Of a DNA stretch of 44,883 bases, positions 19,679 through 28,812 are shown piece by piece. The position numbers were made by a program, and so were the translations under genes. A model generated the notes under the pieces. That model was not told the DNA's origin and did not search any database. It saw only the letters and a program-made list of their open reading frames with translations. The stretch is from a phage. Location of the stretch: NCBI GenBank assembly GCA_030395855.1, contig GCA_030395855.1_4325.1; one strand, 5' to 3'. How positions within the stretch are numbered: position 1 is the stretch's first letter; the number at the start of each line of letters is the position of its first letter.

Positions 19679-19722
19679 ACTATACACGCAACCAGCGTTG
19701 GAGTCTTTAGCTATTTGTGCTA
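19679..19722 (-). promoter_or_regulatory. conserved promoter/operator-like element copy (minus strand)
   Basis: Minus strand reads tagcacaaatagcta, 23-nt spacer, TATAGT, then CCATCGAAACGAA leader. Confidence 0.55.
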
Positions 19723-19818
19723 TTGCATACGCGTAACCGATGTAACTCGATGTATACAATCTCATCCGCGGGAAATGATATACGATCTGTTACGCCAATT
19801 TACGCATTAGTTACATTA

Positions 19819-19882
19819 AAATATCTATATATATCAACCTTTTACTCTTATTATTATTATATATATATTACTGTGTATATCA
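19819..19882. repeat. AT-rich repeat block A (AATATCTATATATATCAACCTTTTACT + (TTA)n + TATATAT...TACTGTGTATA)
   Basis: Shares a 27-bp identical core and overall architecture with block B at 37846-37912; lies in a divergent intergenic region. Confidence 0.7.
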
Positions 19883-20183
19883 TGTAACTACTTCTATAGA
19901 GTGTTCCGGTTATAAATTTCTAACATGTACATTTATACAGTATTTAATCACACGCACACCAATGCACCCTCCGCTAGAAATGATATACACGATATACACG
20001 CTGGTTACATTGAGCTATAGCAGGGCTGAGGCTTTAAAAAACGTAACTAGTGGCAATACCTACAGGTAATTACAAGGATTCACGCGTAAACTTGAATCAG
20101 CGATTGGCAAAACCAATTGGACTGGTTACGGTGCCGAATATATAGTTAACCAATCGAAAGCAAACAACCAGAGAGATACAGAA

Positions 20184-20378
20184 ATGACCTACTACATTAT
20201 CAAAGAGAAAAACAACGCACTGTTCGGTGACTGCTACTTTGGTGGCACTGCTGGATACACCACAGATAAGAGTGAAGCTGACAGATTCGAGACTAAAGAA
20301 GAAGCCCGAGATGTGCTGACTGGTTACTTCACTGAAGAAGATTTGAAGTCTGTTAAAGTAGTTAAGGTAAAGGGGTGA
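20184..20378 (+). CDS. hypothetical protein (64 aa), first gene of rightward early operon
   Basis: RBS AGAGAGA before ATG 20184. Confidence 0.5.
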   Translation: MTYYIIKEKNNALFGDCYFGGTAGYTTDKSEADRFETKEEARDVLTGYFTEEDLKSVKVVKVKG

Positions 20379-20381
20379 GTT

Positions 20382-21347
20382 ATGAGCTTTAAGGTTTTTA
20401 CAAGGGAAGAGCTATCAAACTCGGAGTACCACGCTGAGACCGACCACATATCTGGTAGCTCACTTGTCGAGATTATCCAGGGTTCCCCGGCAAAGTGGAA
20501 ATTTAAGCAGCGCAACAATAATAGCAAAGCTCTTAAGTTTGGCACACTGAGCCACACGATGATTCTCGAGCAAGATGTATTCGAAAAGGAGTATTTGCGA
20601 GCTACAGACCTTGATGCAATTGAAGGCTTAATTACAAGTCAGACTGGATTATCGGCAGCGTTGAAAAAAGTTGGTGTAGCTGGGACGTCAGGTAAGGGCT
20701 ATAGCGAGCTCGTAGAGATGATGTATCGCTCTGGTGAGGATTGGGATGTTAAGTGGCTAATTGAGCAGCAGGAGAGCGCTCAGGCGCTTGCTGAGGGCAA
20801 GGAGCTAGTTAGCGCAGCAGACTATGACAAAGTGGTAGCGATGCGCGAGGTTCTTTGCAACATTCCGGCATATGATGCAATTGTGAACAGCGAGACGGCG
20901 CAGAAAGAGCTGTCAATCTTCGGTGAGATTCTAGGTGTTGGCGTTAAGATTCGAATCGACCATGTTGATGTTGTTGATGGTGTCGTCAAGCTGACGGATT
21001 ACAAAACGACCGCAGACGCAAGCCCAGAAGGATTCGGTAAGTCTGCATTCTCTCACGGATACCTTGCAAAAATGGCTCTTCAGCGCGATCTGTTTGTGAA
21101 GGCATTCAACGAGAAGCGAAAGGTTGTTGTAGGGTTGTTGGCGCAGGAGAAGGTAGAGCCATATTTACCAATGCTGTACACCTTGACGGACGAACAGCTA
21201 CGAATTGGCCGCTTGCAGTATCTTGAGGCGCTCGCCACTTACAAGAAGTGTAAGGAGCTAGATATCTGGCCTGGATACTCGAATGGCATTACAGAGCAAG
21301 AGTTACTAGTTCCTGAATGGGCCATTAAACAATACAAAGAAATCTAA
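20382..21347 (+). CDS. putative PD-(D/E)XK-type exonuclease (recombination exonuclease)
   Basis: 321-aa ORF with IDHVDVV...KLTDYKT motif region (D...D/E-x-K-like); sits upstream of Erf and SSB genes. Confidence 0.55.
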   Translation: MSFKVFTREELSNSEYHAETDHISGSSLVEIIQGSPAKWKFKQRNNNSKALKFGTLSHTMILEQDVFEKEYLRATDLDAIEGLITSQTGLSAALKKVGVAGTSGKGYSELVEMMYRSGEDWDVKWLIEQQESAQALAEGKELVSAADYDKVVAMREVLCNIPAYDAIVNSETAQKELSIFGEILGVGVKIRIDHVDVVDGVVKLTDYKTTADASPEGFGKSAFSHGYLAKMALQRDLFVKAFNEKRKVVVGLLAQEKVEPYLPMLYTLTDEQLRIGRLQYLEALATYKKCKELDIWPGYSNGITEQELLVPEWAIKQYKEI

Positions 21348-21348
21348 A

Positions 21349-21391
21349 TAGCACGAATCGCTAAAGACAAAATTAAAAGGTGGGGTATGAT
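21349..21391 (+). promoter_or_regulatory. conserved promoter/operator-like element copy
   Basis: tagcacgaatcgcta at 21349-21363, 22-nt spacer, TATGAT at 21386-21391 within the GGGGTA/TACCCC inverted repeat. Confidence 0.6.
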
Positions 21392-21420
21392 TACCCCATC
21401 AACAACGAACGAGGTTAAAG

Positions 21421-22071
21421 ATGCAAATTTCAGAATCATGCAAATCAATTTTAAACGCACTACACACTGCTAAATCGCTATTTGCGAAGGCTGAAAAGTC
21501 GAAGCAGAACTCGCACCTCAAGAACAAATACGCCACCCTAGAAGACGTTTTGGCGGCGGTTGAACCAGGACTTGATGAGTGTGGGTTGGTGATGTTCCAG
21601 AGCGTGCTTGATGACGAGCAAACGAATCGTATGAAGGTTGAGACAAAGCTGTTTCACGCAGAATCTGGAGAGTGGGTTAGCTTCTTGATGATCGTACCAA
21701 TCAGCAAGCAAGACGCTCAAGGTTACGGCTCAGCCTTAACATACGCTCGTCGCTACGGAATCACGGCGGCATTAGGACTTAGCCAGGCAGATGATGACGG
21801 CAATCTCGCAGCGAAGGGTGTTAAGGATTTCAAGCGAGAACTCGAGAAATGCAATACTCTTGATGAACTTCGTAATGTTTGGAAAGAAGCCAAACAGTCA
21901 CTTGATGCGGCAGGATGGAAGGTCTTTGAGCCTCATATTATCGAGCGCAAAGCAGAGATTGAAGCAAATGCAATGACTGGCTTCAACCCAGCAACACCAA
22001 AGAAAGTTGCAGAAAAAAGTAGTCCTGAAGAAAAGATTGAAGTAGAATCACAACAAATCGACACATTCTAA
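21421..22071 (+). CDS. Erf-family single-strand annealing recombinase
   Basis: Motifs NKYATLEDV and ALTYARRYGI resemble the Erf family; position between exonuclease and SSB. Confidence 0.65.
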   Translation: MQISESCKSILNALHTAKSLFAKAEKSKQNSHLKNKYATLEDVLAAVEPGLDECGLVMFQSVLDDEQTNRMKVETKLFHAESGEWVSFLMIVPISKQDAQGYGSALTYARRYGITAALGLSQADDDGNLAAKGVKDFKRELEKCNTLDELRNVWKEAKQSLDAAGWKVFEPHIIERKAEIEANAMTGFNPATPKKVAEKSSPEEKIEVESQQIDTF

Positions 22072-22114
22072 TTTAAGAGGGGCTTCGGCCCCAGAAAACA
22101 TAGAGAGATAAAAC

Positions 22115-22540
22115 ATGCACGTAATTACTGGTCAGATTCGCCGCGCTCCGTTCACCAAAGAGGGTCAAAACGCTAACGGTAACTGGAAAATGTTTGCGGT
22201 TGATTTAAGTGAGCGATACAAGGATAAAGATGGGCAGACTCAGTATAGTAACTATCGCGCCGTCTTCTTCGCGAATGAGTCAACGTTAGATTGGTACAAT
22301 GAGGCATTTCAAGATGGTAAAGTTGTCAGCGTTAGCGCAGAGACTCTTTCTGTTGATGTTCGCGATAAAGATGGCAAGACTTACGTAACAATCAACATGA
22401 ATAACCCTCGGCTTGAGTTTAGTCAGCGTGGTGATGGTGGCGTGCAACATCAGCAGCCTAGGCAGCAGCAACAATCACCACAGCAACAGCAGCAGCAACC
22501 GCAGCAGAAAAGCCAATTCGATGACGATATACCATTCTGA
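22115..22540 (+). CDS. ssb: single-stranded DNA-binding protein
   Basis: C-terminal acidic tip DDDIPF preceded by a Gln/Pro-rich linker; OB-fold-sized N-terminal domain. Confidence 0.85.
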   Translation: MHVITGQIRRAPFTKEGQNANGNWKMFAVDLSERYKDKDGQTQYSNYRAVFFANESTLDWYNEAFQDGKVVSVSAETLSVDVRDKDGKTYVTINMNNPRLEFSQRGDGGVQHQQPRQQQQSPQQQQQQPQQKSQFDDDIPF

Positions 22541-22544
22541 TAAA

Positions 22545-22573
22545 AGATAAAGCCCCTTTCGGGGCTTTTTATT
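22545..22573. terminator. bidirectional intrinsic terminator
   Basis: Hairpin agcccc-tttc-ggggct with A-rich upstream and T-rich downstream; between convergent ssb and tailspike. Confidence 0.75.
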
Positions 22574-25154
22574 AACCTATTTTAGTGTAAGTCCATTTGT
22601 AAGTAGCTGTGCCAACTGCAGTTATGCTAACAGTCCTTGAGCTAACATCCATTGTTGTAAATGCTGCCGTCTTAGTGACTGTAATTGATGATGTGGATCC
22701 ATCAAATAGAACGTCAGCTATGACGCTATAGTTTGTTCCAGCATTAGCCACCCAGGTACAAACCTTGTACAAACCTGGTGAGTTTGGTAATTCAAATAGC
22801 CCAGTTGGAACGCTTGCCTGTACCACCTTTGAACCTTTATCCGTATAAACACCATTAGTCTTCAATCCTTCTGATGAGTATGTCTGCTTATAACCACCAG
22901 CAATAGAACCACCCATAGGCTCAGTAAACCAGTTCACATTGCCCTGACTAACAACCGATATCGCAGGGGAGCCCCCTTTAGCTGACTGGAACCTACCGCT
23001 GAGAATATCAATCCTTGATGCCGAATCTGCCGCGTAAATTGTTACAGGGTATCCACCTGTTCCAGTGTAAACCAATCCGTCATTGTTAATATCATCTTCA
23101 GACGAGTCAATGATGACGTGAGAAGTTCCAGAGGCCTTGATATATGAAACCACACCACCAGAACCACCTCCAGTTGTTCTAACCTCGTTTTTCCATGAAG
23201 TTAGTCCGGAAATCCTGCCATTTGAGTTATTAAACCTAATAAGGCAGCAATCCTGAGAGCCGTTGGTGTCAATAATGTTACCTTCAACGTCCATCCCTAG
23301 TATGTTTACGCTATGACTGTTAATAAAGTTAATTCCAGCCCCACCATTAGAACCTGATGTTGATGATATATTACTGGCATCCATTGCGCAGTTAATCATT
23401 GTCACACTCATTACTGAACCAAATTCAAAAGGAGAAACGCAACCAGATGCGTAGCATGTTTCCATGAGAATTGTAGTTCCTGTGGCTTTAATGAATCCGT
23501 TTCTACAGTTCCTTGCCCATACGTTTTGCAGCTTTGTTTGATACGTTCCAGTAGTATCAAGGTAGCAACCCCACGCGCCATGAACTGTGCAATCTTTGAT
23601 GCATGAATTTTCTAGCCCTGTAGTGGAAGCAACATTAGAAGCAAAGTTGAATGCTATCTTTTTATCATTTCCTGATCTTACGGTTGGCGTAGTTCCTGGG
23701 TTATAAAAAATGTAAAGTCCCTCAATAAACACTTGATACATTCTTATGTTTTGCGCATCACCCTGAACCAGGGCAAACAGGTTTATGTTCCCATCAACTG
23801 AGATGAATGTTTGAGCCCTGTTAATCTGTCCCGTTCCTTCACCAATGATTCTTGTGCTATTTCCAATCCTTACCGTCCTGTTAATGAACATAAAACCTTT
23901 TGGTATGTATACCGTCTTGCCGGTATTAACTGCCGCCTGAAGCGCAACCGAGTCAAGCGACTCTTTAAGGTTTGATGCAAATGGATAAACAGCCCGTGCA
24001 GCCTCAATTGTAGAGAATTTAGATGACAGAGGAACTAAAGTACCATTGTTTGTAGCACCAAAATCCATGACGTTAACAAAGTCACCAAGTTTACTATCCT
24101 TACTCCTTTCTACAAACGAGGCCAATGTAGATTTGTAATTCATCGAACTGAATTGTGATTGAGTCTCTGTCTTTGAATAAACATCTGATCTTGGGTAAAC
24201 CTCTGATTTTGAATAAACATCAAGCAAACCCCTAGCTCTTTCAGCAGTGGCGCCGCCAGCCGACTTCCCGCCTTCAACCATAATGTATTCGCGTAAGTAG
24301 AACTTTCTTGATCCTTTAGCGCCCGTCATCCTGAGGTGAGTAGCCCTAAATGATGAATCAGAATTAAATGACGGATATATATCAATCTCATAAGAGCCTT
24401 GCGCTCCACTTGTGCCCCTAACACATATAAAAAGCGTAGCGTTGGCTGTAGTGTATGTCGCAGCTAGTGATGCTGGAACGTTTGTCATGTTAGATACTAC
24501 AACTCGATAATTACCACCACTTTTAAATTCAACTTGCTGCCAATCCAATGATGGCATAGATATTGTCGATGTGCTTGCGATACCCTCATTGGCTAGAGTA
24601 ACCAAAGTTGCAGCATCACCAGCGTTGGCAATGACATTAACTGTGTTGTTGTATGCCTCCTGCGCACTACTTGCGCTTGATTCAGCCTGAGCCTTGCTTG
24701 TAGCGGCAGCTTGCTGGCTGGCAGATGCAGCCGATTCGCTTGCAGCCGCATTTGTTTCGCTTGCCTTCGCCTCATCAACTAATCGTTGTAACTTACCGAA
24801 ATCAAAATCACCAGATTCAGCCAACTCAACAAGTGACGCAACCTCAGTTTCACGTGACTGATAGTAACGAAGAGTTTCCGCAACATCCTGAGCTAGCCCC
24901 TGAACGGTAATTCCATCATGCGCAAGGATAGCGTAACCAGTTCCAGCAGGAACAGTTTCGGAGTTAGGGTTGTAAACATTAATCTGCGTATCGCTGATAA
25001 TTTCTGAGATGGTGTAAATCTGTACTGGTTCAGTTTTAAATACAATGGTTGCACCTACGCGAATCAGTGTAAGAGGTGCTTTCCATGTTGTCCCGACGCC
25101 AGTCACCTCACCACTTGCTGCTAGAGAAGCTGTTCCTGAGTCATAAATTGCCAT
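22572..25154 (-). CDS. tailspike / polysaccharide depolymerase (beta-helix, pectate-lyase-like)
   Basis: 861-aa minus-strand ORF (start at MAIYDSG, RBS GGAGA); N-terminal Ala/Ser-rich linker; central NVMDFGATNNG segment typical of right-handed beta-helix glycanases. Confidence 0.7.
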   Translation of the reverse strand: MAIYDSGTASLAASGEVTGVGTTWKAPLTLIRVGATIVFKTEPVQIYTISEIISDTQINVYNPNSETVPAGTGYAILAHDGITVQGLAQDVAETLRYYQSRETEVASLVELAESGDFDFGKLQRLVDEAKASETNAAASESAASASQQAAATSKAQAESSASSAQEAYNNTVNVIANAGDAATLVTLANEGIASTSTISMPSLDWQQVEFKSGGNYRVVVSNMTNVPASLAATYTTANATLFICVRGTSGAQGSYEIDIYPSFNSDSSFRATHLRMTGAKGSRKFYLREYIMVEGGKSAGGATAERARGLLDVYSKSEVYPRSDVYSKTETQSQFSSMNYKSTLASFVERSKDSKLGDFVNVMDFGATNNGTLVPLSSKFSTIEAARAVYPFASNLKESLDSVALQAAVNTGKTVYIPKGFMFINRTVRIGNSTRIIGEGTGQINRAQTFISVDGNINLFALVQGDAQNIRMYQVFIEGLYIFYNPGTTPTVRSGNDKKIAFNFASNVASTTGLENSCIKDCTVHGAWGCYLDTTGTYQTKLQNVWARNCRNGFIKATGTTILMETCYASGCVSPFEFGSVMSVTMINCAMDASNISSTSGSNGGAGINFINSHSVNILGMDVEGNIIDTNGSQDCCLIRFNNSNGRISGLTSWKNEVRTTGGGSGGVVSYIKASGTSHVIIDSSEDDINNDGLVYTGTGGYPVTIYAADSASRIDILSGRFQSAKGGSPAISVVSQGNVNWFTEPMGGSIAGGYKQTYSSEGLKTNGVYTDKGSKVVQASVPTGLFELPNSPGLYKVCTWVANAGTNYSVIADVLFDGSTSSITVTKTAAFTTMDVSSRTVSITAVGTATYKWTYTKIG

Positions 25155-25178
25155 TGTGTAGAGTCTCCATTTGTAAAA

Positions 25179-25193
25179 TAGCACGAATTGCTA
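25179..25193. promoter_or_regulatory. palindromic operator-like site (TAGCACGAATTGCTA) without the usual -10/leader, just upstream of tailspike start
   Basis: Exact copy of the palindrome 25 nt upstream of the tailspike ATG, adjacent to the minus-strand terminator. Confidence 0.5.
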
Positions 25194-25218
25194 AAGTGGA
25201 TTGTAGCATCTTTATGAC

Positions 25219-25242
25219 ATAAAAAAACCTCCAGAAGGAGGT
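25219..25242 (-). terminator. intrinsic terminator (minus strand) after primase gene
   Basis: Hairpin acctcc-agaa-ggaggt; A7 on plus strand gives a T-run on the minus strand. Confidence 0.7.
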
Positions 25243-26168
25243 TAGTCTAGTAATTCACTTGCTTTGTATATTCTCTTTCTTATGCCTGACTTGAAAAAAT
25301 TACCATCATTTGGCATTACCACATCAAGATTGCGATCGTCAGCAACGGCGAGTAAATCAAAAGAGTGGCGAGCACAAGCGACGCGTAACTTGTAGTTTCT
25401 AAGCGCATAAGCAACCATTTCCATGTTGTAGCTGGAGTGGCAAACAAGCACGCAGCGGTTGCCAGCAGCAAGATGAACGCGAACACCATCAATCCAGTTA
25501 TCGACCAGATAAGCGTACTCACTATCCTTAAAGGCACCAACAACAGCAATAGACTGGCGAGTATAATCTTTTGCAGCATAACTAACATCTCCCTCTTCAT
25601 TGATAAACATTACGTTGCACATTTCTTCTGATATGCCGTCATTATAAGCCATAAAACACGGTATTGCGTGTATTAGTTCTCCTGATTTTGTTCTGCCAAC
25701 ATCAAAGCCAAACTCGCTATAGATACCCTCGTATGTACTGAGTGGAGTTGATTCTACTCTTTCCGTCCTTTCCATTATCTCTAAGCATCTTTCGTGGTCA
25801 ATCTGAGCGCCCATTTTGTATGGTGATGTTCTTGAAGCTCTTTTGTTTGCTTTTGATATAACCTCTACTGGAACTAGATTCAGCCAATCACCAAGCGTAT
25901 CTATTGTTTCACTATAACTCATTCCGGAACACTTCATTACCCAACCAACACCAGAATCATTTCCGCACTGGTTGCATATTGCTGCGCCATTTCCCTTTTC
26001 CTGACCTAACTCATCAGTGAAGCGAAACCTATCCCTGCCAAAGCAGTAAGGGCACGGACCATGTTTCTTGCTGAGATTCTCCTTTGTCCATCCAAGGTGC
26101 GATGAGTAGAATTCGCCCCACATTCCCTTCATTTTTGCTATCACTTCGTTCTTATCATGGTGACTCAT
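25242..26168 (-). CDS. DNA primase (zinc-finger type)
   Basis: N-terminal CPYCFGRDRFRF...CNQCG zinc-binding motif; RBS GGAGGT before ATG (MSHHDKN); conserved promoter element upstream. Confidence 0.65.
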   Translation of the reverse strand: MSHHDKNEVIAKMKGMWGEFYSSHLGWTKENLSKKHGPCPYCFGRDRFRFTDELGQEKGNGAAICNQCGNDSGVGWVMKCSGMSYSETIDTLGDWLNLVPVEVISKANKRASRTSPYKMGAQIDHERCLEIMERTERVESTPLSTYEGIYSEFGFDVGRTKSGELIHAIPCFMAYNDGISEEMCNVMFINEEGDVSYAAKDYTRQSIAVVGAFKDSEYAYLVDNWIDGVRVHLAAGNRCVLVCHSSYNMEMVAYALRNYKLRVACARHSFDLLAVADDRNLDVVMPNDGNFFKSGIRKRIYKASELLD

Positions 26169-26193
26169 AGTTACCTCCATAAACAATAAAGGC

Positions 26194-26236
26194 ACTATAC
26201 ACAATGTATAGCGCCACTGTTTATCAATTCGTGCTA
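26194..26236 (-). promoter_or_regulatory. conserved promoter/operator-like element copy (minus strand) driving primase
   Basis: Minus strand reads tagcacgaattgata, 22-nt spacer, TATAGT. Confidence 0.55.
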
Positions 26237-26716
26237 TTTCCCTTGCTCTTTAGCTTTTCGTGCTGCCTCGTTAGCGGCCTTAATCTTGCGCCATGATCGA
26301 CACTCTGGCTTGGTGGCTAATTCAGCCTCAGTAACAACACGCAGCATGTGACGCTTTTTGCAACGCAGAGTTAGCGGCTTCCCGTTACCGTCGAATTGCA
26401 AATCTGGTCGGCAGAATGTAGCGCGAAAACCCTCCCCAGTTCGTTTGTAGTAGTTGTGCGACAACTGAGCACCTCGCGCAGAAATCATACCGCGCTTAAA
26501 CCATTCCTCTACAGCCTGTGGTGTTACCTTTAATTGCTTTGCCATATTTGCCTTTGTGCCGAAGAAATCAAGAACTATCTCCAGGCGTGCCCGTAACCCG
26601 GCTCTTACTTCATCTTTTAAAACGTAGTAGCCTGAAGGTCGTTTTCGCTGCTTTTTATCTTCAGTGCGGATGGTTCCGTTATTGCCGTTAATGGTTCTCT
26701 TGTCGACTGTATTCAT
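26234..26716 (-). CDS. HTH DNA-binding protein (Cro/YdaS-like putative transcriptional regulator)
   Basis: Segment MAKQLKVTPQAVEEWFKRG resembles a helix-turn-helix; basic termini; RBS GAGGT; divergent from helicase gene. Confidence 0.55.
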   Translation of the reverse strand: MNTVDKRTINGNNGTIRTEDKKQRKRPSGYYVLKDEVRAGLRARLEIVLDFFGTKANMAKQLKVTPQAVEEWFKRGMISARGAQLSHNYYKRTGEGFRATFCRPDLQFDGNGKPLTLRCKKRHMLRVVTEAELATKPECRSWRKIKAANEAARKAKEQGK

Positions 26717-26817
26717 CTTATTACCTCGATAGCATTTTTTGTTAAAAGTCATCCTGATTTGATGGTAATATTGTACTCAATTAAACGCTACAAGACAATT
26801 TTTATAGGAATTTAGAT

Positions 26818-28812
26818 ATGTTGCCTATCGAGAAGCTGGTTGCAAACTTCGATAAAGAAAGAATTAAACAGATTCAGAAAGATTACCAGTTTGGCGAGAT
26901 AACCCCTTACGAGTTCCAGTGCGTTACATTTGATGCTATCGGAAAGGCTATTGGAAAGTACGAGGCACCATTTATCGCAGACCTTTCAGTATCTGCTGGT
27001 AAGACAATCATTCTCGCCATGATTGGAAAGCGCATGGAGCAATTGGGGTTGCCTTACATGGTTCTTTCTCGCCAGTCAGAGATAATAAGCCAGAACTCAG
27101 AAGAACTTCGTAATTTCGGCATCCGCAACAGCGTCTACTGCGCCGGACTTAACGTTAAATCAGTTTACTACCCAACCATAGTTGCTAGTGAGGGCACGGC
27201 AGCCAACGGCCTATTTAAGGGGCTTGGTGACTATGTTCCGGCAGTTATTGCAATCGATGAGTGTCATATGGTTGATCACATGGATATCGTTGAGGCTGAA
27301 GAGAACGAAGAAACATTTGAGCAAATGAGTACAAAGAAAGGCGAGATGGTTTTTAAGGATGGCGTTAATACTGGATTGCTTGGTACTGGTCGTGCGCAGT
27401 ACACGCTAATCATTACTGAGATGAAGCGTCGTTGTCGTGAGAAGTACGGGCGGGAGCTTCGTATATTCGGCCTAACTGGTAGCCCTTATCGAAACAATGA
27501 CCATATCGTCGTTAGCAATCCAAACATCCGTGGATTCTGGCGCAAAACAGTGATTCAGGTGCCAACCAATTACCTTGTTGATTTGGGTTTCGTGGTACCT
27601 ACTGTTTATGGCGAGGTTGGCGATTTAGGTTATGACCTTAGCGAGTTTGTTCCAGACGGTAGTGATGGCGTGAAAGACTTTAGCAAGAGAGAAATGGATG
27701 CAATGGCAGCGAAGATTCACGACAACCAATCCATGACTCAAAAGATAATGGGTTTTGTTGTAAAAATACTAGAGACTCGTAACGCCGCATTGGTAACGTG
27801 TGCTGGTAAACTTCACTGCGAAGAAGCTGCTGCAGCGCTACCAGATGGATACCCTTATGCCATCATCACCGACTCCACGGGAGAGAGGAGGCGCAGAGAG
27901 ATTCTGGCTGATTGCCAGACAGGGAAGTACAAAATAATATTCCAGATTGGTTGTCTAACCACAGGCGTAAACCAACCGCTGTGGGATACTAGCGTCATAC
28001 TACGCAAGATTGGCAGCCTAACCTTAATGATTCAGCTTCTTGGTCGTGGAATGCGAAAACTAAAAAAGGCGCACATAGATGCTGGATTTAAGAAAGATGA
28101 TCACCTTGTTTTAGACTTCGCTGGCGCGCTTGATGATATGGCGGAACTTTACTTTGACCCAATAATTGAGGAGATACAGGCCGAGAAGTTTAAATCTTCA
28201 AGAAAAGGTGGTGATGAGGTTCGCCAGTGTCCACAATGTGGATATGAGAACTCGCCATTTGCTAGACGCTGTAGCAATAAGATTAATGGCGTTAGATGCG
28301 ATCACTTTTTCCAGTTCACAACATGTGATGATATTACCGACCAACAAACAAAGGCGGTAATCAAGAAAGGTTGTGGAGCTAAAAATGACATAGCAGCAAA
28401 AGTTTGTCGTGAATGCGGAGAAATGCTTAAAGACCCAAACGCTAACCTGACTGGAAAGATGTATCGTCGCGGAGACTATTTGCGGGTTTATGATTTTCAA
28501 GTTGGTTTAACCAAGAATCAAACTGGCATTGTAGTTAAGTACAATATCATGGCCCACAACGGAGAAAGATTTAACGCTTGGGAGTTCTTTAATCCAGAAT
28601 CTGACCATAGGGTTTGTAGTGTGCTTTGGAAAAACTTTTGCCTTGATCACATTGAAAATCGCGCTGAAGCAGCACGAATTGGCAGACTGAAGAATGCCAG
28701 AATGATTATGACTAACGCAGATAAGTTTCGTGCGCCAGTCCAGGTGACACACCGCAAGAATAGCAAAGGAAAGGATATAATAGCTTTTAAGAATTTTGGA
28801 GAATTGTTATGA
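26818..28812 (+). CDS. superfamily-2 DNA helicase with C-terminal zinc ribbons
   Basis: Walker A SAGKT and DExH box IDECH; two C-terminal CxxC...CxxC clusters. Confidence 0.75.
   Translation: MLPIEKLVANFDKERIKQIQKDYQFGEITPYEFQCVTFDAIGKAIGKYEAPFIADLSVSAGKTIILAMIGKRMEQLGLPYMVLSRQSEIISQNSEELRNFGIRNSVYCAGLNVKSVYYPTIVASEGTAANGLFKGLGDYVPAVIAIDECHMVDHMDIVEAEENEETFEQMSTKKGEMVFKDGVNTGLLGTGRAQYTLIITEMKRRCREKYGRELRIFGLTGSPYRNNDHIVVSNPNIRGFWRKTVIQVPTNYLVDLGFVVPTVYGEVGDLGYDLSEFVPDGSDGVKDFSKREMDAMAAKIHDNQSMTQKIMGFVVKILETRNAALVTCAGKLHCEEAAAALPDGYPYAIITDSTGERRRREILADCQTGKYKIIFQIGCLTTGVNQPLWDTSVILRKIGSLTLMIQLLGRGMRKLKKAHIDAGFKKDDHLVLDFAGALDDMAELYFDPIIEEIQAEKFKSSRKGGDEVRQCPQCGYENSPFARRCSNKINGVRCDHFFQFTTCDDITDQQTKAVIKKGCGAKNDIAAKVCRECGEMLKDPNANLTGKMYRRGDYLRVYDFQVGLTKNQTGIVVKYNIMAHNGERFNAWEFFNPESDHRVCSVLWKNFCLDHIENRAEAARIGRLKNARMIMTNADKFRAPVQVTHRKNSKGKDIIAFKNFGELL

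Noticed and set aside
19868-19884. Possible LexA box in TACTGTGTATATCATG (also 37896-37910)
   Set aside because: Lacks the CTGT-N8-ACAG dyad; only one half-site is present.
22080-22093. Hairpin ggggc-ttcg-gcccc between erf and ssb as a terminator
   Set aside because: No T-run follows on the plus strand; more likely a stabilising or processing stem-loop within the operon than a terminator.
25155-25184. Longer N-terminus for the tailspike (track start at 25184, MLFYKWRLYT...)
   Set aside because: The upstream in-frame start lies inside the conserved palindrome and lacks an RBS, whereas the ATG at 25154 has a GGAGA RBS at proper spacing.
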